Assembly (NCBI RefSeq): GCF_009914755.1
Contig: NC_060943.1
DNA length: 64,000 bases
Source: the human T2T-CHM13v2.0 reference genome, Homo sapiens
Reading direction: 5' to 3' (one strand)
The position numbers and the translations under genes were made by a program. Positions 1 through 21,528 of the stretch are shown here, in pieces. Under the pieces are notes generated by a model, which saw nothing but the letters and a program-made list of their open reading frames with translations, did no database searches and was not told where the DNA came from. How positions within the stretch are numbered: position 1 is the first letter of the stretch; each line of letters starts with the position of its first letter.

Positions 1-410
1 TTTTGTTTTCTTAATCTTTTACATGAATTTTCTATTTTTTATTATTATTGAAAATGGGGTCTCAGTGTCTGCAACAGTTATGTTGCTATATATTTCTTGC
101 TTCACCTTTGTCAATATTTATGTATTTTGGAGCCCTGTTGTTATACCTACCTGTACATATAAATATAATAATTATAGATTCCTGGTAAATTGACCCATAT
201 TACTATTATATAATATCAATTTTTGTCTCATACTAGTACTTGACTTAAAGCATATTGTGTCCAATATAATTATGACTGTCTCACCCAATTGTGGCTACTA
301 TTTGCATGAAATATAAAGTTTTTAAATTCTGTTACTTACAGACTATTTGACTCTGCTAAAATTGGTCTCTTGTAGGAACATATTGCATGCTTTTTTCCTT
401 AAGCCACTCA
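1..410 (-). mobile_element. Old L1M fragment (ORF2 endonuclease region), antisense
   Basis: Degenerate match (ttttggagccctgttgttatacct..., tgacttaaagcatattgtgtcc) to the same L1 ORF2 5' segment seen antisense at about 6490-6630. Confidence 0.55.
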
Positions 411-420
411 GTCATCTTCT

Positions 421-726
421 TTCTTTTTCTTTTAATTAATTAATTAATTAATGAAATAGGGTCTCACTCTGTCAGCCAGGCTGGTTTGCAATGGTGTGAT
501 CATGGCAGTGAGCTGCAGCCTCAGCCTCTCAAACTCAGATAATCCTCTAGTTTCAACCTCTTAAGTAGCTGGATTACAGGCACATGGCATTAAACCTAGC
601 TAGTTTTTTTGTTTTGTTTTGTTTTGTTTTTTAGAGACAGGGTTTTGCCTTGTTGCTCAGGCTGGTCTCACACTCCTGGAGTCAGGTAGTCAGCCCACCT
701 TGGCCTCCCAAAGTCCTGGAATTACA
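421..726 (-). mobile_element. Alu (AluJ-like, diverged)
   Basis: agggtctcactctgtcagccaggctgg ... cctcccaaagtcctggaattaca; T-rich tail on the left. Confidence 0.85.
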
Positions 727-794
727 TTTCTTTTTATTAAGTAGTTTAAAAAATTTATATTTAAAATGATTTCTTAAAGAAATAAAGTTTTGCA

Positions 795-1097
795 CTGGGC
801 ACAGTGACTTATGCCTGTAATTCCAGCACTTTGGGAGACCAAAGCGGGCAGATCACGAGGTCAGGAGTTCAAGACTAGCCTGGCCAACATAGAGAAACCC
901 CGTCTCTACTGAAAATACAAAAATTAGCCAGGCATGGTGGCACACATCAGTAGCCCCAGCTACTCAGGAGGCTGAGGCAGGAGAATCAGTTGAACCCGGA
1001 GGTGCAGGTTGTGGTGAGCTGAGATCATGCCACTGTGCACCAGCCTGGGCAACAGAGTGAGACTCCATCTCAAAAAAAAAAAAAGAAAAGAAAAGAA
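795..1097 (+). mobile_element. Alu (AluS)
   Basis: Full dimer, poly-A tail, TSD aaagaaataaagtt at 776-789 and 1092-1105. Confidence 0.95.
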
Positions 1098-1484
1098 ATA
1101 AAGTTACATACCAGTTTCATTGTTCTGTTTTATGTTTTTTTTTTTAACATGTTTTTTCTCATTTCTTGTTTAACTATTTTTTGTTTAATTTTGTAGTGGC
1201 ACGCTTTGCTTATTTTATTTTGTTTTGCATAGTTTCTATAAAATTTTTGTAGTTATCTTGAAAAACGGACATTATGTAAAATATCTTAAGATTAAATCAG
1301 TATGTTTTAATCTCATAACAATTTCAATGGAACAAAAAACTATATTTTTATATTTTCCAGTTTGTTATTAATATTATAAATTATTTCATATTGTGTATTC
1401 AGATTTATGCAGATTTACATTTTGTTTTTATATTCTATAGAAGAATTTTAAGGGTTTCTGCACTATTATTATAGTAAGAAATTT

Positions 1485-1820
1485 TATATATGTCTGTATA
1501 TTTACATTTAATAGAAAGCTTTTTTTATGTTATCTAGAATCATTTTATTTTCAACATGAAAGACTCATTTTAGCATTTCTTTTTTTATATGTGTCTGTAT
1601 ATTTACATTTAATAGAAAGCTATATATTTATATATGGATTTTTGATACTGTCTAGCATCATTTTATTTTCAATATAAAAGACTCATTTTAGCATTTCTTT
1701 TTTCTATATGTGTCTGTATAATTATATTTAATAGAAAGCTATATATTTATATATGGGTTTTTGATGCTGTCTAGCATTTTATTTTTCAACATAAAAGACT
1801 AATTTTAGCATTTCTCTTGT
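1485..1820. repeat. Three tandem copies of a 100-120 bp AT-rich unit
   Basis: tatatgtctgtatatttacatttaatagaaagct...ctagcatcattttattttcaacataaaagactcattttagcatttct recurs at about 1487, 1588 and 1707. Confidence 0.85.
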
Positions 1821-1828
1821 TATATATG

Positions 1829-1940
1829 CAGAGTCTCACTATGTTTTTGTGCTGATCTTGAACTCCTGGTCTGAAGTTATCTGACTGCCTTGGCCTCCTA
1901 AAGGTGTAGGATTACAAGCATGAGCCACTGTGCGTGTCCA
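1829..1940 (-). mobile_element. Alu left monomer (FLAM/AluJ fragment)
   Basis: gagtctcactatgtt...gaactcctgg...ggattacaagcatgagccactgtgc. Confidence 0.75.
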
Positions 1941-2095
1941 CAATGTAGCATTTTTTTTTTTTTTTTTTTTTTTTTTAGCTGTGCTAGTGGTGATGAACAC
2001 CCTTACCTTTCATTTTGGAAAGTCTTTATTTTTTACTGTTTTTAAAGTAAAATAATTTCTGATCAAGTGTTATGGATTAAGAATATTTTTTTTTC

Positions 2096-2462
<367 letters not shown>

Positions 2463-2481
2463 TTAAGTAACCTGTATACTA

Positions 2482-6642
<4,161 letters not shown>

Positions 6643-7072
6643 CTTATAAACCTCTTGTTTAGCATGATATTGTGGGGTTCTCTGGCTTAGGTGAATAGCA
6701 AGCCATTTTCATGAATTACCTCATGCCATTAGGGGAAGAGGTATCCTCATTTTTTTCAATTTTTTATAGTGATCTGTGTTCCTGTTTCTCTCATTCAGTG
6801 TTATTTAATTTATTTGAAATTTTAAAAATTAATTTATTAATCTTCATTGTTTTATGGTTGCTTTCTAAAAATTTTATACTTTTTTTGATTGGGCCATGTT
6901 GTCCTAATATTCTATATACATTGTAATCGTTGATTAAAATTTGTACATCAAAAAAGCTACCTGTTGGAATCTTCATAATGTAGCCTTGTCCTGGAATAGT
7001 CTGAAACCAATTGTCTTGGCTAGAGATTCTGGGAGTCTGTCAAACATGTTCTTAGAATGTGTCTTGTCTGAA

Positions 7073-7074
<2 letters not shown>

Positions 7075-7110
<36 letters not shown>
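7075..7110. repeat. (TG)n microsatellite
   Basis: About 18 TG units. Confidence 0.95.
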
Positions 7111-7113
<3 letters not shown>

Positions 7114-7323
7114 AGATAAAGAACGTTATTCAGGTTTCTTCTCAATAGTAATCACTTGCTACATCTATTTTTTGTGTGTGTGGTACTATATTCAGTGCTG
7201 CTGTAACATCTAACTTTGGTCTCAGCAGACTCAAGCTGTCATTTTAAAGTATGCCACCATTTCTTTCAGCACTTTATGTCATCAGAGACAAAAACCAGAA
7301 AGGCCCCTGGAAGCCAGAAATAA

Positions 7324-7668
<345 letters not shown>

Positions 7669-7698
7669 TAAACAATAAACCAGGAGTTGGCAATTTCC

Positions 7699-7985
7699 TT
7701 TTTTTTTTGAGACAGGGTCTCACTCTGTCACATGGGCTGGAGTGCACTAGCATAATCTCATCTCACTGCAATCTCTACTCCCCAAGTTCAAGTGATTGCC
7801 TCAGCCTCCCAAGTAGTTGGGACTACAGACGTGTGCCACCACATCTGGCTAATTTTTGAATTTTTAGTAGAGATGAAGTTTTTCCATTTTGACCAGGCTG
7901 GTCTTGAACTCTTGATCTCAGGTAATCCACTTGCCTTGGCCTCCAAAAGTGCTGGGATTACAGGCATGAACTGCTATTCCCAGTC
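7699..7985 (-). mobile_element. Alu (older, AluJ/Sx-like)
   Basis: tttgagacagggtctcactctgtc ... ccaaaagtgctgggattacaggcatga. Confidence 0.9.
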
Positions 7986-8240
7986 AGCAATTTACTTCTA
8001 AAGAGCCTATGCTATTTTTGGTAGCAGGAAGAGCTGCATTGGGAAACTGTAACCGACTTCCCTTTCCTTCTGTGTGGCTCTTTGCATTGTGCTTACTTGG
8101 GGTACTTAACTTACATATAAATTTTCCACAAATGTATTTGGTCAGTATGTTTTTGTTACATTTATATGTCTATGAAGAAATTAGGGCCTGTCTTATTTTG
8201 CTGTGCCATCTTATGTGGTTTGCATAATTTTATAGGTTAG

Positions 8241-13425
<5,185 letters not shown>

Positions 13426-13989
13426 ATAACCATTCTATTTATGTGTTTACATGTTTAGTGTTGAAATAATGTTTATTTTTCATATTGATATTACAATTTG
13501 GAGACATTTTTCACTCACAATTTTTGAAGTGGGTGAATTTCAGTCTACAGTTTTTATTTTTAGTCACTTCACTGTAGGCAACTCTGGTAATTTTCTCTGG
13601 AAAAATTTTGGAGACGAAGTTGTAATGGCTTTCAGGTTAAAACATTTCCTGTTATTTTGCATGCAAACTTGTTTACGGTGTTCAAACAGTGGCCAATCTT
13701 TAGGTCATAAACAACACCTACCCTTTTAATGTCTTTCATACCATTGCAATTAGCACCAAAAACTTCTGCTGTCTTAAACTTAAAATAAAAGCCCTAATGT
13801 ACGTTGGCTCCTCCCATGCACGGTACTGAGTTCAGAACATGCTGTTAAATGTCAGAGTTCCTATGGTTATGACTGAAAAATTAAATGACAAGACAGCACA
13901 AAACTATATACTTTTGATACCATTTAGCCAAGTTAATGACAAAGACAGGGAATATTTGAAAAAATTGATATCCTTCTATAATGTTTTAA

Positions 13990-15495
13990 ATATATATTTT
14001 TCAACTTGACAGATAAAGCATGTATTCTGTAAAACATGATGTTTTGAAGTATATATATACATTGTCAAACTTAATTTTAGGTAATTAATGCTGTACCTCA
14101 CATAGTTAACATTTTTGTGGTGAGAGCACATGACATTGTCCTAGCATTATTCAAAAATACATTATTATTAACTATAGACACCATGCTGTACAACAAGTCT
14201 TTTGAATATATTACTTTTATCTAACTATAATTATGTATTATTCTTTGACAAACATCTTTCTAAAGCCCTCTTTTAGATACCTTGGCATCTGGTGGTTACA
14301 ATTTTATTCTGTGCTTCAGTGAATTTAAGTTTTATATCATTCATGTTTAGGTGAAATCATAAAATTTTCTTTCTGTTCCTGGCTTATTAAAAGATAAATA
14401 GATAAATTTTATATATATACTACTTTGTCAGTATTTAATCATTAGATGTTGAACTGTTGATTCTATATTTTGGCTATTATGAAGAGTGTTGCAGACAACA
14501 TAGAAATACAAATATTTCTCATTCTGATTTCATTTGTTTTTAAATATATATATATCCTATAGTGAAATTGCTGCATTATATGGCAGTTTTATTTTAAATT
14601 TATTGAGAAATCTCTATTTCGGTTTTCATAATGGCTGTTCTCATTTACACTCAGACTAGCAGTGTGCAAGCATTCCTTTTACTTCACATCTTTACCAACA
14701 CTTTTTTTTCTTTTTAATAAGAGTCATTCTAATATGAGTGACTTTTTATCTCATAGATTTTTTGGCTTGCCTTTCTCTGATAATAAGTGTAATTGAGCAT
14801 TTTAAAATATCTCTTGGCCATATGTATGTCTTTTTAAAATATTTAAGCCTTTTGCTCATTTTTCATAGTTATTTGTTTTTTTATTGTATAGTCACTTTCT
14901 TACATGATCTTGATATTCACCCCTTGTCACAAGTATGGTTTGCAAAAATGTTCTCCCATTTGTCTTGTTGATTATATCAGATTCTGTACAGCAACTTTTT
15001 AATATGAAGTAATCTGACTCATCTATTTTTCCTTTAGTTCCCTGGGATTTTGAGGTTAAATTAAAAAAAATTACTGTTGAAACCAATGTTACGGGGCTTT
15101 CAGTCTATATTTTTTGTAGTAGTTTCAGAGTTTCAGGCCTTACATTTAAGTATTAATATATTTTCAGTTGATTTATATATGTGGAGTAAGATGAGAGACT
15201 CATTGCTCTGCATGTGGCTATAGTTTTCTCAACACTATTTATTGAAGATACTGTCATTTTCCTAAGAAATTGTCACCTATATAAAAAATCAGTTAGCTTT
15301 AAATACATGGATATATTTCCTGTCTCTTGTGCTCCATTGGCCTGTGTGACTCATTTTGTTCAAGTACCATACTGTTTTCATTACTATAGCTTTGCAGTAT
15401 ATTTCAAAGTCAGGTAGGATGATACCTTTAGCCTTTCTTTTTTGCTTGAATGCTTCTGCTATTCAGGGTCTTTTGTCATATCATATAAATTTTAG
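13990..15495 (-). mobile_element. Old L1MA 3' end and ORF2 C-terminal part, antisense
   Basis: ttgacagataaa...aacatgatgttttgaagtatatatacattgt...attaactatagacaccatgctgtacaa matches L1MA 3' UTR; ORF2-like caagtaccatactgttttcattactatagctttgcagtata. Confidence 0.75.
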
Positions 15496-15497
15496 GG

Positions 15498-17196
15498 TTT
15501 TTGTTTGTTTTTGTTTTATTTTAGACAGAGTTTCACTCTTGTCACCCAGGCTGGAGTGCGATCGTGCAATCTCAGCTCACTGCAACCTCTGCCCTCAGGT
15601 TTAAGTGATTCTCCTGCCTCAGCCTTCTGAGTAGCTGGGATTACAGGCACACACCACCATGCTGGGCTAATTTTTTTTTGTTGTTGTTGTTGTTTTAAAA
15701 ATGTGTGGGTTTTTTTATAGTATTTATTGATCATTCTTGGGTGTTTCTCGGAGAGGGGGATTTGGCAGGGTCATAGGACAATAGTGGAGGGAAGGTCAGC
15801 AGATAAACATGTGAACAAGGGTCTCTGGTTTTCCTAGGCAGAGGACCCTGTGGCCTTCTGCAGTGTTTGTGTCCCTGGGTAGTTGAGATTAGGGAGTGGT
15901 GATGACTCTTAAGGAGCATGCTGCCTTCAAGCATCTGTTTAACAAAGCACATCTTGCACCGCCCTTAATCCATTTAACCCTGAGTGGACACAGCACATGT
16001 TTCAGAGAGCACGGGGTTGGGGGTAAGCTTATAGATTAACAGCATCCCAAGGCAGAAGAACTTTTCCCAGTACAAAACAAAATGGAGTCTCCCATGTCTA
16101 CCTCTTTCCACACAGACACAGCAACAATCCGATCTCTCTCTCTTTTCCCCACATTTCCCCCTTTTCTATTCGACAAAACCACCATCATCATCATGGCCCA
16201 TTCTCAATGAGCTGTTGGGTACACCTCCCAGACGGGGTGGCGGCCGGGCAGAGGGGCTCCTCACTTCCCAGACGGGGTGGCCGCCGGGCGGAGGGGCTCC
16301 TGGCTTCTCAGACGGGGCGGCCGGTGGGCGGAGGGGCTCCTCGCTTCTCAGACGGGGCGGCTGGGCAGAGACGCTCCTCAGTTCCCAGACGGGGTCGTGG
16401 CTGGGTAGAGGCACTCCTCACATCCCAGACGGGGCGGCGGGGCAGAGGTGCTCCCCATATCTCAGACGATGGGCAGCCGGGCAGAGATGCTCCTCACTTC
16501 CTAGGCGGGATGGCGGCCGGGAAGAGGCATTCCTCACTTCCCAGACTGGGCGGCCAGGCAGAGGGGCTCCTCACATCCCAGACGATGGGCGGCCAGGCAG
16601 AGACGCTCCTCACTTCCCAGACGGGGTGGCAGCCAAGCAGAGGCTGCAATCTCGGCACTTTGGGAGGCCAAGGCAGGTGGCTGGGAGGTGGAGGTTGTAG
16701 CGAGCTGAGATCACGCCACTGCACTCCAACCTGGGCAACATTGAGCACTGAGTGAACAAGACTCCGTCTGCAATCCTGGCACCTCGGGAGGCCGAGGCTG
16801 GCAGATCACTCACGGTTAGGAGCTGGAGACCAGCCCGGCCAACACGGCGAAACCCTATCTCCACCAAAAAAATATGAAAACCAGTCAGGCGTGGCGGCGC
16901 GCGCCTGCAGTCCCAGGCACTCGGCAGGCTGAGGCAGGAGAATCAGGCAGGGTGGTTGCAGTGAGCCGAGATGGCGGCAGTACAGTCCAGCCTCGGCTTG
17001 GCATCAGAGGGAGACCGTGGAAAGGGGAGACGAGGGAGAGGGAGAACGTAGAAAGGAAAAGGGAGAGGGAGAGGGAGAGAGCTAATTTTTGTATTTTTAG
17101 TTGAGATGGGGTTTCACTGTGTTGGCCAGGCTGGTCTTGACCCCGCCTCTGCCTCCCAAAGTGCTGGGATTATAGGTGTGAGCCACTGTTCCCAGG
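15498..17196 (-). mobile_element. Alu (AluS) split at its A-rich linker by the SVA (right arm 15498-15675, left arm 17081-17196)
   Basis: Right arm ends ...gctgggctaatttt and left arm resumes gctaatttttgtatttttag...gagccactg. Confidence 0.9.
15676..17080 (-). mobile_element. Full-length SVA retrotransposon (older subfamily, SVA_B-like; short VNTR)
   Basis: SINE-R (tttattgatcattcttgggtgtttctcggagagggggatttggc, about 15720-16225), GC-rich VNTR (ctcctcacttcccagacgggg, about 16226-16635), Alu-like domain (to about 17015), (GGGAGA)n hexamer 17025-17080; TSD gctaattttt 15666-15675 / 17081-17090. Confidence 0.95.
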
Positions 17197-17289
17197 CTTG
17201 AGCACACTTTTATTAGTTTTTCTCTGTTTAGTCCTTTTGTTTGTTTCTATTTTAATAAGAATTTTAATTTCTACCTGAAATTACTAATT

Positions 17290-17530
17290 TGAGCCCAAAG
17301 TATCTGAGATGTCAGAGTGTCAGGAGGTTGTGACAATGCGTGCCCAAGGTTGTTGGGGCACATGTTGGTTTTATACATTTTAGGGAGACAGGAGACATCC
17401 ATCACTATATGTAAGATGCACATTGTTCAGAAAAGGACAACGCGAAGTGGGGCGGGAGCTTCCAGGTCATAGGTAGATAAAGGGCAAATGGTTGCAATTT
17501 CCTCTGAGCTTCTGATTAGCCTTTTACTGG
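17290..17530 (-). mobile_element. MER4A-like ERV1 LTR fragment
   Basis: tgcccaaggttgttggggcacatgttggttttatacattttagggagacaggagacatc...cttccaggtcataggtagataa. Confidence 0.7.
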
Positions 17531-19042
17531 GTTTTTTCCAGGTCTGTCTTTCCTAAGCCTCCAAGTTTATCTGGAGTCAAGAGAAACTTGACTCCATGTT
17601 TGTAGAATTTTAATCTATTTTGGCCAATTTTATGTCTACTTTATAACATATAACAACAGGTAATTTAACCAAAACCCTTATGGTTTTCTTGCACAGCTAT
17701 AAGCTACACATGTATTCTTAGCAAGGTAAAAACAACAGAAACCATGATGATTACAATAACCACCCTTCTGTGCATGAGTAGCCCTTCAGCTGGGACATCA
17801 CACCCCACTGTAGAGTTTCTGAATCCTACACCTGAAGGCAGTCAAAAGTTGGAAAATTGTCTTGCACACATAGATCTGGTCCACAGGTAGGTTGGTGACT
17901 CCCACACCATGATTCAGCACACCCACGAAATGGTGAATTTACTAAGAAGACAAAGTTTACAGGAAGAATAGAGGCTCTGATGCAGTCCACTGTTGAGATT
18001 GTGACTCATGTACTTAGACTCAACATTCAGGAGGTGTTGACTCTTATACCTAAAACTGGGACATGTATGGAATTGTTAATCTCACCGTGGATCTTCTGTA
18101 GATGTTATTGTGACATATGCCTCTCCCATGACATATGCCTCTCCCAGCACCTGAGTGATTTGACTCTCTTGGGTCCCAGCTGACAGATGGGATTGTGGCA
18201 TATCACTGGACACAGCACCTAGGTGATGTGACACTATTCTCCTGCCTTGGCACTACCTACCTGGGGCTTTGTGACACGTCTGTGCTCATAACTAAGGGGA
18301 TGTGATTCTCTTCTCTTGCCTGATGTCTGCTCACGTGGGAGACAATGACATATCGCTGGGCCCAATGCCAAAGTGACATTGCTTTTTTACCTTGACCCTC
18401 TTCTCAGAAAACATCGTGACGCATTGTTGGGGCACAGTCAACGTGACGTGAGTCTCCTGCATGAACCCTGACCACAGAGACCATCGTGACATAATCTCTG
18501 GAAGCTCAACTATTGGAAATGATTACCTTGTTATACCTGCTCTTTGCCCATAGGAGAGAATGTGACATATCTCTGGGCCCAGGACTTAGTTGATGTAACT
18601 CTGCTCTCCTGCCTGGGCTATGCCTACAGAAGAAAGAGTGACTTATCACTGGGCCCAGCACACAGGTGATGTGATTCTACTGCCTTGATCCTTGTCCATA
18701 GGAATCATCATTACATACTTGTGGGCTCTTCTGCTGGATGATGTGTGTCTCCTTTTCTGTCCACAGAGGAGATTGTGACATATCACTTGACCCAGCACCT
18801 ACATGATGTGCCTCTCATGCCTTGGCTTTTCCCACTGGGCTAATTGTGACATATAGCTGGGCACAGCTTCTAGGTAATTTAACTCTTCTCTTCCTGAGTC
18901 CTACCCACAGGGGGCATTGTGATGTGTCTCTAAGCACTTCACCTAGGTAATATGACTCTTTTCCTTGACCCTCCCCTAATACGGTATTGTGACATATTTC
19001 TGGACCACCACCTAGGTGATGTCACTCTTTTCTCCTACCTTT

Positions 19043-19375
19043 TACTGGAAGTGAATTCATACGGGTATGAGTGCAGGAACCTCGATTCTTGCCTTAGAAG
19101 AAACAACTCGACTGAGGGGCATAAAGCAGGAGAGACCGAAGCAAGTTTTAAAGCAGCAGTAAAAGTTCATTAGAAAGCTACAGAACAGAAACAAAAGGAA
19201 GGAAAGTACACTTGGAAGAGGGCCAAGTGGGTGACTTAAAAGGCAAGTGCACGGTGTGACTTTTTGACTTGGGATTTTGTATGTTGACATACTTCCGGGG
19301 TCTTGCATTACTTCCCCCTACTTGCCCAACTCTTGAGATCTTATTGGGAAGCTGCTGATCACTAGTTGTAGGTGA
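19043..19375 (-). mobile_element. ERV1 LTR fragment (MER50-like, MER4 group) inside the satellite
   Basis: gactgaggggcataaagcaggagagaccgaagcaagtttta...aaagtacacttggaagagggccaagtgggtgactt. Confidence 0.6.
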
Positions 19376-19960
19376 TCCACTAGTTGCCCACTTGAGAACA
19401 GAGGAGATACTGGAGTGAACTGTGGCCCCCTCTTCATCCTTGGGGTTCAAGTCTTACCATGCACACCTAGCTTTTGATCTCTGTTTTATGGGTCTCTTGC
19501 ACCTGTGGCCTTGGCCTGGCCTACATCATTGACTCCATTGACCTCTAGTGACTCTAGTTAAGAGCATTCTAGCAACAAAATAAGTATTTCTCTTCTCAGA
19601 TTTCCACTTCCCATGTTCTTTTAGTATATGTGAAGCCCATTTTTCAGCTAACTGCCCAAAGGGGGCTAGACTTCCCTCCCCACTCTTTTTATATATGACC
19701 TTGAAGGTCTTGATGCATATTGAGAAGGGCAGGAAAGTAATTAGAAAAATGGAGGCTACAGAAGAAAGTGAACGGAAGTGAGAGGAATACTCAAGGGAAG
19801 ACTTCATATGCTTAACAAAACAGCAGCCCTTGGATTCAAGAGGATAATAATGTTCATCCAAAGCAGGTGGACAAACTGCTTCAAAAGTCACTGAGAAACT
19901 CATTCCTGGGGCATAACAGAAATGAGAAGTATATGATAAGTCATAAGCTGTCAGAGCCAG
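19376..19960. mobile_element. Probable ERV1 internal fragment attached to the LTR piece
   Basis: Non-satellite sequence contiguous with the LTR fragment; family not identified. Confidence 0.35.
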
Positions 19961-21097
19961 AGTTGGAATTAGTGTGGATTAGTGGAATTAGATTAGAGGC
20001 TTATGTCTGGACCCTATCTACAAGGAAATTGTGACATATCTGCGTTCATCAGCAAAAAGTAGTGACTCTACTTTTTTCTACTGGGAAGATTGTAACCTAT
20101 TACTGGGCGCAGAAAACAGGTGACATGCTTCTCCTGCCTGGGCCTTGGCCACAAAAAGTTTTGGGATATAACATGGCTCAGCACCCAGGTGATGCAACTC
20201 TGCCACCTGTGCCCTGCTTTCAGGTGGGGATTGTAACATATTCCTGGCTAAGCATCAAGGTGATGTGACTCTCCTGCCTGGTCTTTGCCCTCCGAAAATA
20301 TTGTGACATATTCCTGGGCCAGTGCCAAGGTGACGTAACTCTCTTACTCATTCCCTACACACAGGAGGGATGTTGATATATATATTTGCTGAGATCACTG
20401 ATATGATGATGACATTTATACAAAAAAAAAGTTATACCACTCCCTCACATACAGTATAAAGCCGTCAAGTGGTACAAACTCATCACAGGACACAGCACAA
20501 ATATGAGATTGTTTTTTGTGTGTGCAACCTGCCAACCTTTAAAGTCACCCACACACATGGACAGGGTCCAATTTTGAAGTCCTGAAACTCACAAGTAGAC
20601 ACAGTTCAAAGTTAAAATTGTGACTGTCATATGTGAACACCTGGCCACTGTTGGGTTAGTGACTGTTTAATAAACCCAGCTTATAGGCAGGTAAAATCTT
20701 TCCAATCTGGACTCTCCTAATTGAAGAGATGTTGACTCATACCTGGGCTTAGGGCCACGGGTACAATCACAGGTCCATATCAGTACAAATGTGTCAGAGT
20801 AGATTGTGACTTTCATACATAATGTATAAAGCCCTCGGGTGGTACAGAGAGTGTCCTAACAGGACCGAGAACACGGATGAGAATATGACACTCATGCATA
20901 CTCACCCAACAGTCAAGATTGTCATCTTTCCACATGAACACAGCCCACAGCTGAGGAACTGAATCTCACAACTGGAGGCAAAGGGTGGACTTTTCACATG
21001 TGGAACCAGTCAAAAGGAGGGCTGGTGACTTTCAGACCATGACTCAGCATACCTGTAAGGCTGTGACTAAGGAGACACAGTCCACAAAAGTGATTGA

Positions 21098-21528
<431 letters not shown>

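Noticed and set aside
13784-13789. AATAAA as the ZNF gene poly(A) signal
   Set aside because: Plausible but one of many hexamers in AT-rich sequence; cannot be supported without 3'-end data
16166-17104. GC-rich ORFs up to 182 aa and a CpG-island-like patch
   Set aside because: SVA VNTR and Alu-like domain; low stop frequency is compositional
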